Source: Vermamoeba vermiformis
Taxonomy: Eukaryota
NCBI GenBank assembly: GCA_045837725.1
Contig: JBEWZL010000043.1
Location: 124,001 to 188,000, forward strand
DNA: 64,000 bases
Direction: 5' to 3'
Shown here: piece by piece, positions 24,144 to 37,745 of the stretch
Position numbering within the stretch: position 1 is the stretch's first letter
Layout of the letters: each line of letters begins with the position of its first letter
Notes under the pieces: generated by a model
The model's input: only the letters and a program-made list of their open reading frames with translations
Told to the model about the DNA's origin: nothing
The model's database searches: none
Position numbers and translations under genes: made by a program

Positions 24144-26765
24144 ATGGCTGATAGCAAATGTAAGTCGGTTTGATCGGGCACGTGGCGGGAATAACGGCAA
24201 ACGGATTTGCATTTGTAGCCTCCGTAAATTAATAACACCAATTTATTATATATTTCCTACGTGAATAAATAACAATGCCACTGATAATATCTTAAATTCT
24301 ATTTTTTGGGCTTAGTTTCCGTTTTTCGCCCCGACCCGATCAAGAAATTGCTTCAGTAAACATTTTAATACGTTTCTATTCTTTAATATATCACGTTTAA
24401 TTATATACCGCTATCATTGCTCCATGCAATCGAAAGCAGATCGGATCTTAAGAGTTCTATTGCAGATCTCTTGTTTTTTTGCGTGGCAATCATTTGATAT
24501 TCAATAGCGTGTAACGAATAGATGTTAATATGATCTTATTATACAGCTTCATCGCTCACGCACTTACTGGCCGGATCTTCCGCCTCACTTTTTACAACGG
24601 TCCTGTTTCAGCCTTTAGATGTCGTCAAAACGAAAAAACAGCAGCTGTTGTTTAATAACGCCATGCCTAGCGTTGCAAATACTAAGTACACGTAAGTATC
24701 TTTCGCTAAACAATTAATTTCTCCCGATCTGCAACTATTAAAGTCTGATATTTGGAGTTATATTTAGTACTCAATTAATTATCGGATATTTCCCTCGATG
24801 ATGATACTAATTATGGTAAAATATATAGGACTATGATAGGCACGATGAAAACAGTTGTTAAAGAAGAAGGAACCAAAGGTAAGTTTTCATCATCGCGATC
24901 CGTCGAAAAAAACAAATCTTTTTAGCGCTCTAATAGCTTTAAATTGCATGAAACTCGCTAGAGTATCATTACGAAAATACCCTATATTCATGATAGGGCT
25001 TTTCAAGCTCATTAGGCAAATACAATTTTATCTTTAAATTGGATCTTTTGCTGTCACAACATTGCCCTTATTATTCTTTACTATTATGAGACAAAGGTAG
25101 AGTTACTAATAGCACTTATTATTTTAGGTCTCTGGAAAGGTACCGCGCCGTCAATTTATCGAACAGTTCCTGGCGTTGGACTTTACTTCACATTGCTCAA
25201 CAACGTGCAAGCTTTGGTAAGTACTTCCTTAATCAAAAGTTACTATAGTAATGCGTATATATATATATTATAATAACAATCCGGATAAACCATCGTTGCA
25301 TGATTATTTTTAACGCTGAATCTGCATCCGATCTAGTTTTCTATTTCTTGTTCGCCAATAACGCTATAACATGAAGAATGCGTAGAAGCATATACTTAAC
25401 GTCGTTATTAAACTTAATATGAAGATTTGAAACGTTTTAACTGATCGCTTTTTTGACCATAGACGCGAAGGACACTTGGCGCCAAAGCAGACCACTCGTT
25501 AGTGGCGCTATTCTGCGGTTCTTCAGCGCGATGTTTGGCAACTATGACGTTGATGCCCTTCACGGTCGTCAAGACTCGTTTTGAAGCGAGTGGCACCAAC
25601 CAAATCTATCGCGGAACTTTTGACGCGCTGAAAACTATTGCTAGTCAAGAAGGAGCGAGAGGTATGTAATCGATTAGACTATAGATATTATTTAGAGCAA
25701 AGATTATGCTTGGCTCAAAGTAAGAAGAAAATTCGAGCGGATCCAACGAATATTTTTTAAGAAAAACGCCTTGAAATTGCGCTAAAAATAATTTTTTAAT
25801 GATTCTATTCATTGCCGTTGAATTTGATATGGTATTTATATTAAATGAACCTTGTTTATTTTCCCACAATATTTCTTTGCTGGATGGACCCGCTCAGTTT
25901 TAGAGTTTAATCTTGCTTTTGCTTGATTTAAAGATTGATAATTTTTTATTACGGTCATCTTGCCTCCCATTTAGGATTTCACCTGAATATACAATGGGAA
26001 CTTATATGACCAATAACTTTTTTTTTGTTGGATCGAGATTGACGATCGGCAAACTTTTCACGATCGAAATTTGTACTAATAGTATGACTAGGCTTATACA
26101 GTGGTTGGATAGCAACGATTGCACGAGACGCACCGTTCTCGGGCTTGTATTTTATGTTTTATTCAAAGTTCCGAGAGAACATGCAAAGTAAGATCTGAAA
26201 CAGACTTGAAACACATTGTACTAACTTATATAATATAGACGTGTCTGTCAATAACAAGAAGATGCCGCAGACAGCGATCAATCTCAGCTCTGGCCTCACT
26301 GCTGGTGCTATTGCGACTCTCGTAACGCATCCGCCAGATGTGATCAAAACTCGCTTGCAAATCCAAGTTTTTGGCTCCGAGAACTCTAATTACTATTATA
26401 AGAACACGTGGGACGCTATGATCAAGATATATAAGGTACACGATCTATTCTAACAATTCAGATCGAGCTCAAAATACCTCGCTTGATCCATGACTGATTA
26501 TTTTGCTTTATTACAACATTACTAACATCCTTTTATTATAGACAGAGGGTATCAATGCATTTTTCAAGGGAGCAGTGCCTCGTGTCTTACGACGTTCATT
26601 AATGTCTGGTTTCACTTGGTATGTTTTAGATCTTCGTTCAGTGATGCTTTGTTCAGTGAAAACTAACGAGATTACTATATTAGGACATTTTACGAAGAAA
26701 TCAAGCGTCACGTGAACACATTTGTTGCGCCGACCGTGAAAACAGTGAAGAATTACAACATGTGA
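24144..26765 (+). CDS. SLC25A38: Mitochondrial carrier, SLC25A38/Hem25 glycine-carrier-like
   Basis: Three carrier signatures (QPLDVVKTK, MPFTVVKTRFE, HPPDVIKTRLQ) plus subfamily-typical RTVPGVGLYF, RDAPFSGLY and RRSLMSGFTWTFYE. Confidence 0.85.
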
Positions 26766-27271
26766 CGAGATAGACGACAATAACACAGCGTCAGTTTTGA
26801 ATTGTTACTATTATTAGTATAGACAAGGTACATACTATTAATAGCAATAATATGAGATGACAGGCTAGTTCATTGCGCGATGATGTAACTGGCTAATGTA
26901 AATTATGTACATATAAACACTTAACCCTTTTCGTTCGACATTTGCGTGAGCATTGTTTTACTACGCACAAGTCCTATTCGTATTATTTGTATTATCTATA
27001 TGTTAGAAGGTAGTTATGCATATCTTAAGTGACTAGATCCTGTAGCAATCGTTGCACCGTCCCGGAACTTTCGTGGATGTCGTTGCTTTTTTTCATTATC
27101 TCTGCAAGCCGTTACATTATTCGTTTTGTAACTTACTTTTTCTATTGAATACTATTTATATTTTATGCTTTTTAAATGAGTGAGAATGTGGATTTTTTGA
27201 CGGCGTGAATGTGACTTTGTTTTAGTTTTTGATGACAGGGAGGGACCACACCGCTCTCCAGCAATAATCAC

Positions 27272-27840
27272 ATGGCCGATCCACAAGAGGCTGTTTGGAA
27301 AGCTTGCAGCTCCGAATCGCAAGAACTATTAGAGTGCAAGAAGGGTGCTGCTAGAGGTACATCTAGATCTTACCAACAACATCGATAAAATTGAATTAAA
27401 ATAATTATTAAAATATACGAGCGTATATTAACGCATGTTATATTTGAAATAACGATTTATTTGGCCGTAATAATTTTTTAACTAATTATTTATTTTTTCC
27501 AGTCGGTAAAACTGTATATACGTGCTATCCACAAGCATCAAAACTTGCCAACTGTGCCGCAGAATATTTTTGTAATTTTGAATACACGCAAATCATGACA
27601 GTATGCAACAAACAGGTACGATCTACTTTATGAACTCATTTTCGATTGTATGATTTTTATCATTTGCATCTTTTCTCTTTAAAAATTGCGATATTTAAGT
27701 AGTAATATTATTTGATTTTTGTTGCAATATTTTTTGACAAGTGGATTTGGATGTAGAACGGCAGTTTTGACGAAGAGAAATGTAGCGTCGCACAACGACA
27801 ACTTAAAAACTGCTTTAAGCTATATGGTCTGCCTATGTAA
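27272..27840 (+). CDS. Small CHCH (CX9C) protein with four Cys pairs, likely mitochondrial intermembrane space; 3 exons
   Basis: Spliced MADPQEAVWKACSSESQELLECKK...CYPQASKLANC...CNFEYTQIMTVC...CSVAQRQLKNCFKLYGLPM gives CX9C, CX9C, CX10C, CX9C. Not in the ORF track. Confidence 0.75.
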
Positions 27841-28031
27841 CAGGCCAATAATATTCAATACTCGCTCTGTTTCGTAGATTCGGTCCAGAGATCTACCGAA
27901 ACAACTTAGCGAGACTCAAATACATGTAAATACGCCATAAATACAATAATTACATCAAAATATTTACTAAGATATCAACTATACAATATTACAACAACAA
28001 CAAAGCCGAGATCAGATCCTCGACTCGAGCT

Positions 28032-28882
28032 TCACTTTTTAGCTCTATTAAAGCCACCGAAGCCCGTTGGCGCAGAATTTCCGCTAGATTTCAAGGCCAC
28101 GTGACTACTCGCCGTGCTTGTAGTGCCTGCACGAGGACTTCCTTGGGAAGCAACGATCGCGCTTTGAAGATTCATTGGCATACCTTTGCGAGGACTAGTG
28201 GGCGGAGGAGAAGCGACTGGTGAATCTTGATTTTGGCCTGGCTTCTTAATCACTGGTGGTGGTGGTCCTCCTAAATGCAAATAGGCCAAGGTCAGTCGGA
28301 TTCAATTTCAGAAAAATTATGATCTCGGTCTTACCGTTACCAAGAATGCTAACTGCGCTACCATGAACTTTCTTGGCATAATTACTATGATTTTTAAGCG
28401 TTAATCGATGGAATTATTCAAGTTTAAAAGATTTTGATTTGGATGTACCTTTCTAACTCGAAAATCTGTTGCTTAGTCTCGTCATCGACGAAGTTCTTTT
28501 CATAACATGCGTTGCAATACACGTCACTACCACGATCGCTCCAATTTCCGTTGCTCAAAGTCTTCTTGCAAGTTTTGCACTAGATCCAAGAGTGAGTAAC
28601 TTTTTTAAATACTTGAAACTGCTAGATTTTTACCTTCAAGCATGTCTTATGGAAATTTTTACCTGTGCGAAGAATAATAAGTCAATTTAATTGAAAATCT
28701 TGCGGTTAAAAAAATCTTTCGTGGATCGTGAGAGAAAATCTTAAAATTACATCGCTTAATAATAAGTCGCCAATTCTACATATTTACTAAAATAATACTT
28801 CAATTAATTTCTGCTTACCTACGGCCTTAACGAGCTCCATGGCGTAAACTGACTTGGAACACACTGCGCATTTTGTACTCAT
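28032..28882 (-). CDS. Single LIM-domain protein with Pro-rich tail
   Basis: MSTKCAVCSKSVYAMELVKAVGKNFHKTCLKCKTCKKTL...VYCNACY is a CRP/CRIP-type LIM domain; the last exon has PPPP motifs. Confidence 0.85.
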
Positions 28883-29221
28883 TTTCAATTGCACTGGAAT
28901 TACAAGATCGAGCAAAATATGGTTAAATATTAGTAGACTTGATGTGCACTATTATAAGATCAAATCAAATTATCTTTCATTTTGCAACGAAGATTTTTTG
29001 TGCGAGCACAAAACCTAACGGCCGTTTAAATTCCCTTCATGAAGGATTAAAGTTAGCTCTATCATTACTTCCGAGAGATACTCAACTACTAATTTCGTTT
29101 CGCGAGTGGCAATGTGAGTTTACTTGTGATTGGGACAGGTCTCGTCTTGTCTACGGAAAAAAATTAGAATACGGTACTACGTGCGATTCGTAACCTGTTT
29201 TAAATTAATTTATATTTAATA

Positions 29222-31609
29222 ATGAACGCAATAGTCAGAGGCTTTCGGTGTTTCGCAGCGGCGAGACGGCCATCTCCCGTAGTGACGTCCACGTCCGGAT
29301 TGCATCCGCCTGTCAGTTTTTTTCAACGACGATCAGCACCAACGAAATCGTTCGTTACAAATAATGCAAAAATTAGCAGTATTTTTGTGGCTCAGAAACG
29401 TACGTTGGAGATTGCTATAATTTATGACGGAGCGAATTTATTAATTGTTTATCAGGTTTCAAAGCCACAAACGCAATCCCCAATGAAAAATTTAGTAAGT
29501 AAATATCTATAGTAATTATTTTAGCTTAAAATCGTTTCAGGTAAAATGGATGTGATGGGCCGTCACTTTGAGGAGCGAGGACAATTCGACGAGGCACTTG
29601 CCGCCTATGATTTATCGCTCAAAGAGCAACCTAAGGCATTTACCCACGCCAGCAAAGGTATTTTACGAAGCTTCAATAGCGCTGTGAGGTCACTAACCTC
29701 GAAGTTTTTTTCTGAAGGTGTCATTTTGTCCATGTTGGGACGATTTCACGAGGGCGAAGAATGTTTCAGTGAAGCAATTAAAATAGAGCCTAATTGGGAC
29801 GAGCCTCATAAACTCCGCGCACTCGCTCTCGTGGAGCAGGTAAAAACTGAATCTGCTTCTGAGTAGTCAGCCGAATTGTTTTCCTCGCCTTTCTATTTAC
29901 ATACTCGCGAGCTTATATACAATACTAGCAATAACGTTTAAATTTATCAATAACGGAGGTACATCCAAAAAAACGGATGCAAGATCTCCGCTGATACATT
30001 GATTGGGATGCAACAAAATATCTATTTTTATATAATGAAGAAAATATCGCTTATTTGACATTATTTAGGGTCGCTTTGAAGATGCAGAACGCGATCTCAA
30101 AAAGTCAATCGAGTTGTCAGGCGAACACGACTACGTATCGCTCATCAAAGCAAAATTAGCGAGACTACGCGACAATAATATTATAGAAGCCAAGAGACTC
30201 GTTGAAGAAGTATTACGACAAAATGACAAATTTTATTTTGCCATCGTCGAGCTATCTATGATCTATCTGATGCAAAAGGACTATAACAATGCGATTAGTG
30301 TCATTTTGAATGCTGTTGCAGATCAGATTGAAATCAATGTTGCCTGGCTCAATCATTTGTCAAAAATTGTTGGTACGTCGTTGATTGGCAAAAAAAACTT
30401 AGTTTCAATTTCAAAATTATTTTATTCTAATATGGACAAATATCTTTCTTTGTTCGAATGCTGAAATTTCTACGAAAGACTGCGAATGATGAATGGATCT
30501 GAAAGAAAAAGATTAGTAATTTTTTTCATTATTAGGCTATGGCACTGAGGCACAACAAGCGATGAATGAGGAATGCATGAAAAAAAAACTCACTTACGCA
30601 TATTTATGGCAATCCATGATTTACGCCAAGGCTAATGAGTTTCAAATTGAACTTTTTTTTCAACGAAGCGATGCAGCTTATAAGGAGGAATACATGACCA
30701 GGTTTTACAAAGAATTAGGAAAAAAGGACTTAGACCACCACTTATAAAGCAATTAATCAGTATTTTAAGTACGTCGAACGATTATTAACGAAAAAAAAGG
30801 ATATTAATTTCCTTTTTCTTGTAGGTACGATTTTGAAGGCGCCATTAAAGCTACGGAAGCAGCACTTGGAGAGCCAAATACGACAGAATATTACAAGAAA
30901 TTAATGTTCATTGCTGAATGCTACGAACGGCTGGTACGAATACGGATGACTGGTATTAACAAAACTTGACATTTTTCGCTAGCGAAATTTCCAAGCTGCC
31001 GATGAAATACTGAATAAAGCGCTGTCAATAGTCGAAATGAAAGAGCCATCAAGACCACTCGTAGACACAATCTTAGGTCACAAAGTGATTGTGCTGGCCA
31101 ATCTCGGAAACATCTCCGATGCTCGCCGGATTGTTGAAGTGCACCACAACACCACTGAACGGAATTACTTTTATTATGAAGTGCTTGGCCATTATTTCTT
31201 CCATAACGGTAAATAACGGATCTGCCAAAGTGTCAAAGTGTCATAATGTCAACTAATGACACTTTTGACACGCAGCACAAATACTGATATTTCATCACTA
31301 GGTGAATTTGATAAGGCACTCGAATGCTTTAACACATCGCTCAACAAGTGCGTTATTATTCTGCGGTACCCTATTCTGTTATCTAAAGCAAAAGTGTTGC
31401 TGGCCAAGCAAGATCTAATCGAAGCGTCAAAGACACTGCAACTCGTTCTCAATCTTCATCCGACAGAACCAGAAGCACTAAAATTGCTCGCTAAGACATA
31501 CATTGACCTCGGCCAAGCACCACTAGCATTACCGCTGATTAATAAGCTGTTAGAATTGCAGCCAAATGACGCAGAAATTTTGAAACTAAAATACGAAGCA
31601 CAAAAGTAA
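29222..31609 (+). CDS. TPR-repeat protein with probable mitochondrial targeting peptide
   Basis: Arg/Ser-rich, acid-free N-terminus; TPR-like units GQFDEALAAYDLSL, LGRFHEGEECFSEAIKIEP, GEFDKALECFNTSL and LINKLLELQPND. Confidence 0.8.
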
Positions 31610-31657
31610 AATTTTGTTTTTATTGCTTGAAATGCTACATTCGTCTAATATTATTGT

Positions 31658-34600
31658 TCACGTTAGCGTGATTACCATTGTAATAATACAGTCATGCACA
31701 AGGCAAAATAAAATTGATAAAATGACGAAGCACCACTCGTTGAAGTTGGCTCCACTGTAGGTGTGACATCTCGTTGTTGACCACGCACTTCAACTCCAGT
31801 TGGATTGGGTGTCACATTTTTGATTTGAGGATTCTTCTCGCTCAGTCCTTGTGTCAGATCGCTTGACAGCTGATCCTTCGCGTCCTTCAGGTCTGAAAAT
31901 AACTCCCTTAAATGCGATAGTTAGATTAGAGAGTTTGTTGCAATTAAAGTTGTACTCACTTCAAAATATCTTGCGCACTTGGCTCTGACGAATCTGTGAA
32001 AAGTTAAAAAGCACAACCACAGCAAAAAAAACACCCCAGGAAAAAAAAAATCGGTAGATAGTTTTTCGTGAGTGTAAATGAATATGTCCGTTTGTACTAA
32101 ACACGCCAATTGTGTAGATTAGAATATAGAATGAGTTTTAGGAAAAGAAAGAAAAATAGGGTAGGGGAGGGGAGAGGGCCAAAGAGGGGCGGTGATATAA
32201 AGGTGGTGGAGGGAAGGTGTAGTGAGTAGGGGCGTTAAATGAAATAATGAGTAATAGAATTGAGGTATGGTGAAAGAAAAGGGAGGAAAAAAGTTAGAGA
32301 AAATTAGAAGGGGAAGAGAAGATACTAGGGGGGTTCTGATATAAGAGAAAATAGGAGGAGGAAGATCTGAGTAAAGTATAAAAGTGGAGGAAAAGGCAGC
32401 CTGTGAGAGAGGAAGAAAAGATCGGAGATTGGAGGGGAGTTGCTCAGCTTTGGGAGGGCGCCAACGAAAATTTGTCGCGGAGAACGGGGGCCCGGGAGTG
32501 TGAGGTTGGGGGCTCTCGCTCAGTTGGTGACACGACAGTTGATCTTTCGAGTCCTTCAGGTCTGAAAATAACTCCCTTAAAATGAGATTGTTAGATTAGA
32601 GAGTTTTTTGCGATTAACGTTGTACTCACTTCAAAACATCTTGCGCACTTGGTTCTGACGAATCTGTGGAAATTTCAAAATTAACATCCATCACTTCATA
32701 CCATCAATGTTACTCACTCATTGAAGCAAGTAATGTCACTGATATCGAGTAGATATTGGGCTCTGTTGCACTGCCAGGCGTCGACAAGCGATATGTTGCA
32801 TCCAATCGATCAATGCTGATGTTGTACTTGTGTGCAATGTTCACAAGGAGCTGTCGGACATCAGCATCACTGAGTGTATCGAATGTCGCCACTGTTATGA
32901 CGAAGCCAGCATCTGAATTGATCGAGGTTAACATCACGCGTCAAAAAAGTTCGTGGAAACAGGTCACGTGACTCACTCTTTGGACATTGCAATGCATCAG
33001 CTTTGTTGCCTGAGGCATCAACAGTCAAGTTATATGATCCTAGAAGCCATGTGAACTGATTGACTGAACGAGAGACTGTCAAATTATATGGTGACACGGG
33101 GTACGTCAAACTCGTGCCAGTGGGGAAGAACGTTGGTCTGTCCGTCTATCGTCTCTAACATTAGCGATGAATGCGCCAAAATATAGCTTTGACTTACAGC
33201 AAGCTCAGCGGGACTGAAGTCGTTCATTGTGCCGTACGGAATAGTTTGATCGAAGGAATCAGAAGACACAAAACTGAAGAACAGATCCAATGTGTTGTTG
33301 GCACTGTTGATGATCAGACAATCAAGGGAAGGACCGACCTTGGGCACAAAATCTACAGGAACGAGTCTGCACTGTTGCTGGACGACGTAGGGCTGATATC
33401 CTGCTTGACAGTTGCACGTGACTGGATCACAACCAGTCGTTCCGTCACAATCTTCGTTGCCCGTCACAATGCCGTTGCCGCATACTAATGACACGTTAAC
33501 ACCGACAGGGATATATAGGACGCACTTACTATCGAGACATAGGCCGCCCTTGGCTTGTGTTCCATATTGACAAGTGCAGTCAGCGCTGCATCCTGATGAC
33601 GCGTCACACTGCTCGTCAAAGTCCAACACACCGTTGCCACAGAAAGTTAATACGCGCGTTACTACTGAGGACCCGTAACCATCGAGCGCTGCCATAACGA
33701 TGTTTTTGCCAACCTTGGCCATATGGACACCACGACTGCTCATTGGAGCTACAAGGATATAAGGTCGTGTTATTATCGTGCTTTGAATTGTTGCGTTTGT
33801 CGTGTAAAAAAAAAACGGTTTTTCAACTTACCTTCGGTCATGACCGGTCCAATCAGATCGTACGAATCCGTATTGACTCTTACATATCGATCTAATGTAC
33901 AAATTAGCAATGCGTTGTTAATAGCCTATTGTATTTCCAATACTCACATGCAACGCTCGAGTTGACCGTGCTTTGAGCTATCAACGCATAATTCGATCCC
34001 AAAGGCAGCGCGTCAGGTCGCAACTTGCTGTTAGTGCTCGCATCGAACAACACACCGTAAGCAGCTGTCAAAGTGTTCATCTGCGTGTCCAAGATACCTA
34101 AATAAGCTCAATGTAAATGTCTGATATATTCGTGTACTGCTAGACTTACCGAGTCTTACACCGTTGCTTGGAACGTCGGTCACGATGTACCCTAATATTC
34201 GTGGATTATCTGTCAAGAATGGCACGATGTACCTGAAATCGTTGACAGTGTACCAATCTGGCGTGCGCGCAAAATTGGGGTTCGCTTGGTATCCGGAATA
34301 AGACGTTAAGACAAAATACGAAGAAAAGTGCTGAACAAAATAAAAACTGGCATTGATTCTCGGATCGTAGATAGCTGCTGGAATATCGGCCTATGAAAGT
34401 TAACTAAATTGTTCAGTAGTTAACATTTGCTTACGGCTTGCGTGTCATTTAACTGCGCAAAAGGGGTTGTGGTGCCAGTGCTATAATAAAGGAAAATAGG
34501 CGAAGTAACGTTGGCGGGAGAAAGCGTCACGCCAAATGTGGAATTATCAACAGCAAATAAGCCTAGAATATCGTTCTAAAGAAATTTGATTTAGAAAAGA

Positions 34601-35226
34601 ACATTAAAAAAAATAAATTTCCGCGCTTACCGTATTCAACATGGACGAAGGAGTATTTATAGGGAAGGTAGCGACTGTTGTCGTGCCATCGGATGTAAAC
34701 TGGCGGCATTGAATAGGAGGGCCGAGAATGCCTCTCCATACTGCAACAGCACTAAATGCATATTATATTAATTTAATAAAATAATAGATCCGTATATAGG
34801 TCTCTTACACGTCACCAACGACAATAACATTCGGTGCATAATATTTGCCCAATGTAGGTGAAATGATGGTTTCAGGCACTTTCACGGAGCCGTCAGCCGC
34901 GAAGATCTTGAACGCTATGAGAGAATTTGATAGTCCTTGTGATATTCCATAAACAACGACATAATCCCCATTGCTAAAGGTAGCAATTCGAGGACAATCG
35001 GAACTTGCTGACTGTTCGCTAATTACGGCCCAGTCTGTCTTCGGAATTGGCTGAGATCCCGCTGAAACCAAGCATTAATTAAAATGAATTAAATTGCTAA
35101 AAAATCATTTAAAACTGCGATATTTGGCGATAAATTCCATTCCGAGTTATTAAATTGCAATGTCTACTTACAGATCGAGATAAACACCAGAATCACCAAC
35201 GCAACCACTAAACCGCTCCTATTCAT
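31658..35226 (-). CDS. Secreted/GPI-type surface protein with CGNG Cys-rich repeats (DUF4215-like); 3' end interrupted by a garbled duplication
   Basis: Signal MNRSGLVVALVILVFISI; CGNGVLDFDEQCD and CGNGIVTGNEDCD repeats; terminal TSGASSFYQFYFALCMTVIITMVITLT. Confidence 0.7.
31882..32668. repeat. Imperfect direct repeat of about 117 bp (31882-31998 and 32551-32668) around a purine-rich spacer; probable assembly artefact
   Basis: gtccttcaggtctgaaaataactccctta...ctgacgaatctgtg occurs twice with scattered mismatches, and each copy degrades toward the spacer. Confidence 0.8.
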
Positions 35227-35524
35227 TTGTCGTCGTGTGAAGCTTAATTATATTAATTACTGCCAAAGAAAGCGAGTCTGCGCAAAGGGGACGCCGAGAA
35301 TGTCCCACCCGTCTCAATTTACGTGCTTTGCATGTTTGGTCCGCATCTCCCAAGTGACTGATCCACGGAAGCTAACCATAATAGAATTTCTTTCTAAAAG
35401 AAAAAATGCCTATGTAATCTCGCGACACCAAATTTCGAAAATTGTTGTAATTTATCAACTAAGAGATATATATCACAAAGCATAATATTGCGTCAATCAT
35501 ACCAGGCACATCCCGAGGCCAGTT

Positions 35525-37396
35525 TTACAACTTGGCAGTAAGTTCGTATTGCTTCATGGCTTGTCTGACACCCAGATCCAACATGATTTCTTCCGAGCCA
35601 CCAGGAATTGAGTACGCACGCACTTCACGACTCAAACGCTCAACTTTCTCGGCTTGACCACCACGAGTGTACGACAAACCTCCGAAGATTTGAGCAGCTT
35701 CACGGGCACTAAAATAATTGCGTTAGCGATGAAGCTTCATCAGGGACTTTAGTTTGACACGTGTCATTCGTACCAGTACTCAAAGGTTTGAGTGGCTTGA
35801 GCTTTCAACAAGGCGACAGGACCAGCCAATACTGTAGCAGCCTCAGCGTAAGGCATTTTTGTCATTTGATAAGTCAATTCCTCGAGCCAGTTCTGCGTGC
35901 CTTCAATGTGACGCGTCATTTGAGCGAATTTGTATCTGATCACGGGCTGATCGATCAATCGCTGGCCAAAGACTTTGCGTTTGTGCGCGTAACGGAACGC
36001 CTCTTCGTAGCAGCAACGAGCAAATCTGTTCGCTTGCACGACAAATCCCCATCGCTCGTGGTTAAAGTTTTTAACGATGTACTTGAAGCCTTCGTTCTCT
36101 TTGCCGATCAAATTCTCGACGGGCACTTTAACGTCCTCCATGGTAATGTAAGCGGTACCTGAAGGCCAAACACCAGTGCACTTCATTTGCTTGGTAGTAA
36201 TGCCAGCCATACCTAATAGACATGTTAGCACGGTAAAAATAGCGAAGTAGACTGATTAGCACGTACTTCTATCGAGCAACAAGAACGAAATTCCACCCAT
36301 TCCAGGGCCTCCAGTACGAACGGCAACAGTGAAATAATCAGCGAACACACCTAATTAGGAAAGTAAGCTGATGATGACACGTGTTAAGGCATTAATGGAG
36401 TTGCACGTACCGTTGGTAATCCACTTCTTTTCACCGTTGACAATATAGTGCTTGCCATCAGCGGTCTTCTTGGCCTCAGCACGGATGCTAGCGACGTCAC
36501 TGCCAGCATAAGGCTCAGTGATGCAGAGACAGATCACCTTCTCGCCAGTCAAACAGTCACGCGCAACCTTGTCACGCAATGACTTGTGACCAAAGTTCAT
36601 CACTGGAGGCAAACCAATGTTCAAACCTACAACGAGAATATTAGTACCTCATTATCGTTGATGCACGAGTTATATATTTCTGACCTTCAACGAGACCCCA
36701 CACAACACCTCCGGATCCACATCGCGAGACTTCATCCAACAAAATCAACTCGTGGAACGCGTCCCATTCTTCGGGCTTGACACCACCAGCAATGTTGGGT
36801 CCAATGTACTCGGTAGGCCCTGTCAATCGTTAGCACGAATACAGGTACGATAACAATTATAAGACATGCTTACAAGTGCCGCCAATAACACCGGGCAACC
36901 ATCCAGCAGCGTAGGCCTTGCGATACAGGTCACGAGGCAGTTCTTTAGCCTCGTCCCAGTCGTGGCAATAAGGCATGATTTCCTTTTCAACGAAGGCACG
37001 AATGGCAGCGCGGAATTTGCGGTGCGATTCGTTGTAGTAAGGTGAGTGCCATGATTGGTACCAGTTGGGATCACCATAGGGAATCAACTCGCCAAAAGTG
37101 TCTTGACCAGATTTGCCGGATGTCGCGGGCTTTTTGGAAGCAGCAGGTTTCTCTTCAGCGCCAACATCACCGATATAGTATTTAGGTCCATACTTAGTCA
37201 AAATATCGGCGTTGTGGAATGAATCGAATTGCTTGGTGGCGTCAGTACCTGCGACTTTCACGATCACCTTCTTGCCTCCTGGATGCTCGTCCAAAAATTT
37301 TGTAACGTCATATACTTTATCTTTGACGATAATCCAACAATCCTCAGCGGTGTTGTGCTTTGACACCTCTTCCTTAGTGATTTTACGGGCACTCAT
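35525..37396 (-). CDS. Cytochrome b5 domain fused to acyl-CoA dehydrogenase
   Basis: DCWIIVKDKVYDVTKFLDEHPGG (b5), then CLCITEPYAGSDVA, VNGEKKWITNG, FNHERW and AYSIPGGSEEIMLDL (ACAD). Confidence 0.93.
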
Positions 37397-37745
37397 CTGG
37401 ATTTAAAAGACAAATTAAGTTATTGCAGTTTTAATTTTATAATTAATGGTCCATAATTATTATCATAATTATTGGTAGCCCAAATACAAAATAGATAGTG
37501 GGATCTTCAAATTTACTGTTGAAATTTTCAAAGTCACCGACAACGCAATAATTTCACAAGCTACCGATAGAAGTTGGCTATTTAGTACAGTACTTACTGT
37601 TGGTAGCACGAGGATAACAATACAAATAATCATGGCAAATTTCGAGCTCGGAATTACCAGGCGAGTCACGTGACCGCTCAACAAACTTAGTACAATATAG
37701 TTTATTTACAGGGTATTCTATTATAACATACGACACATAAGTTTC

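Noticed and set aside
32120-32520. G-rich stretch as G-quadruplex or telomere-like element
   Set aside because: No regular repeat unit, and it sits inside the probable assembly artefact.
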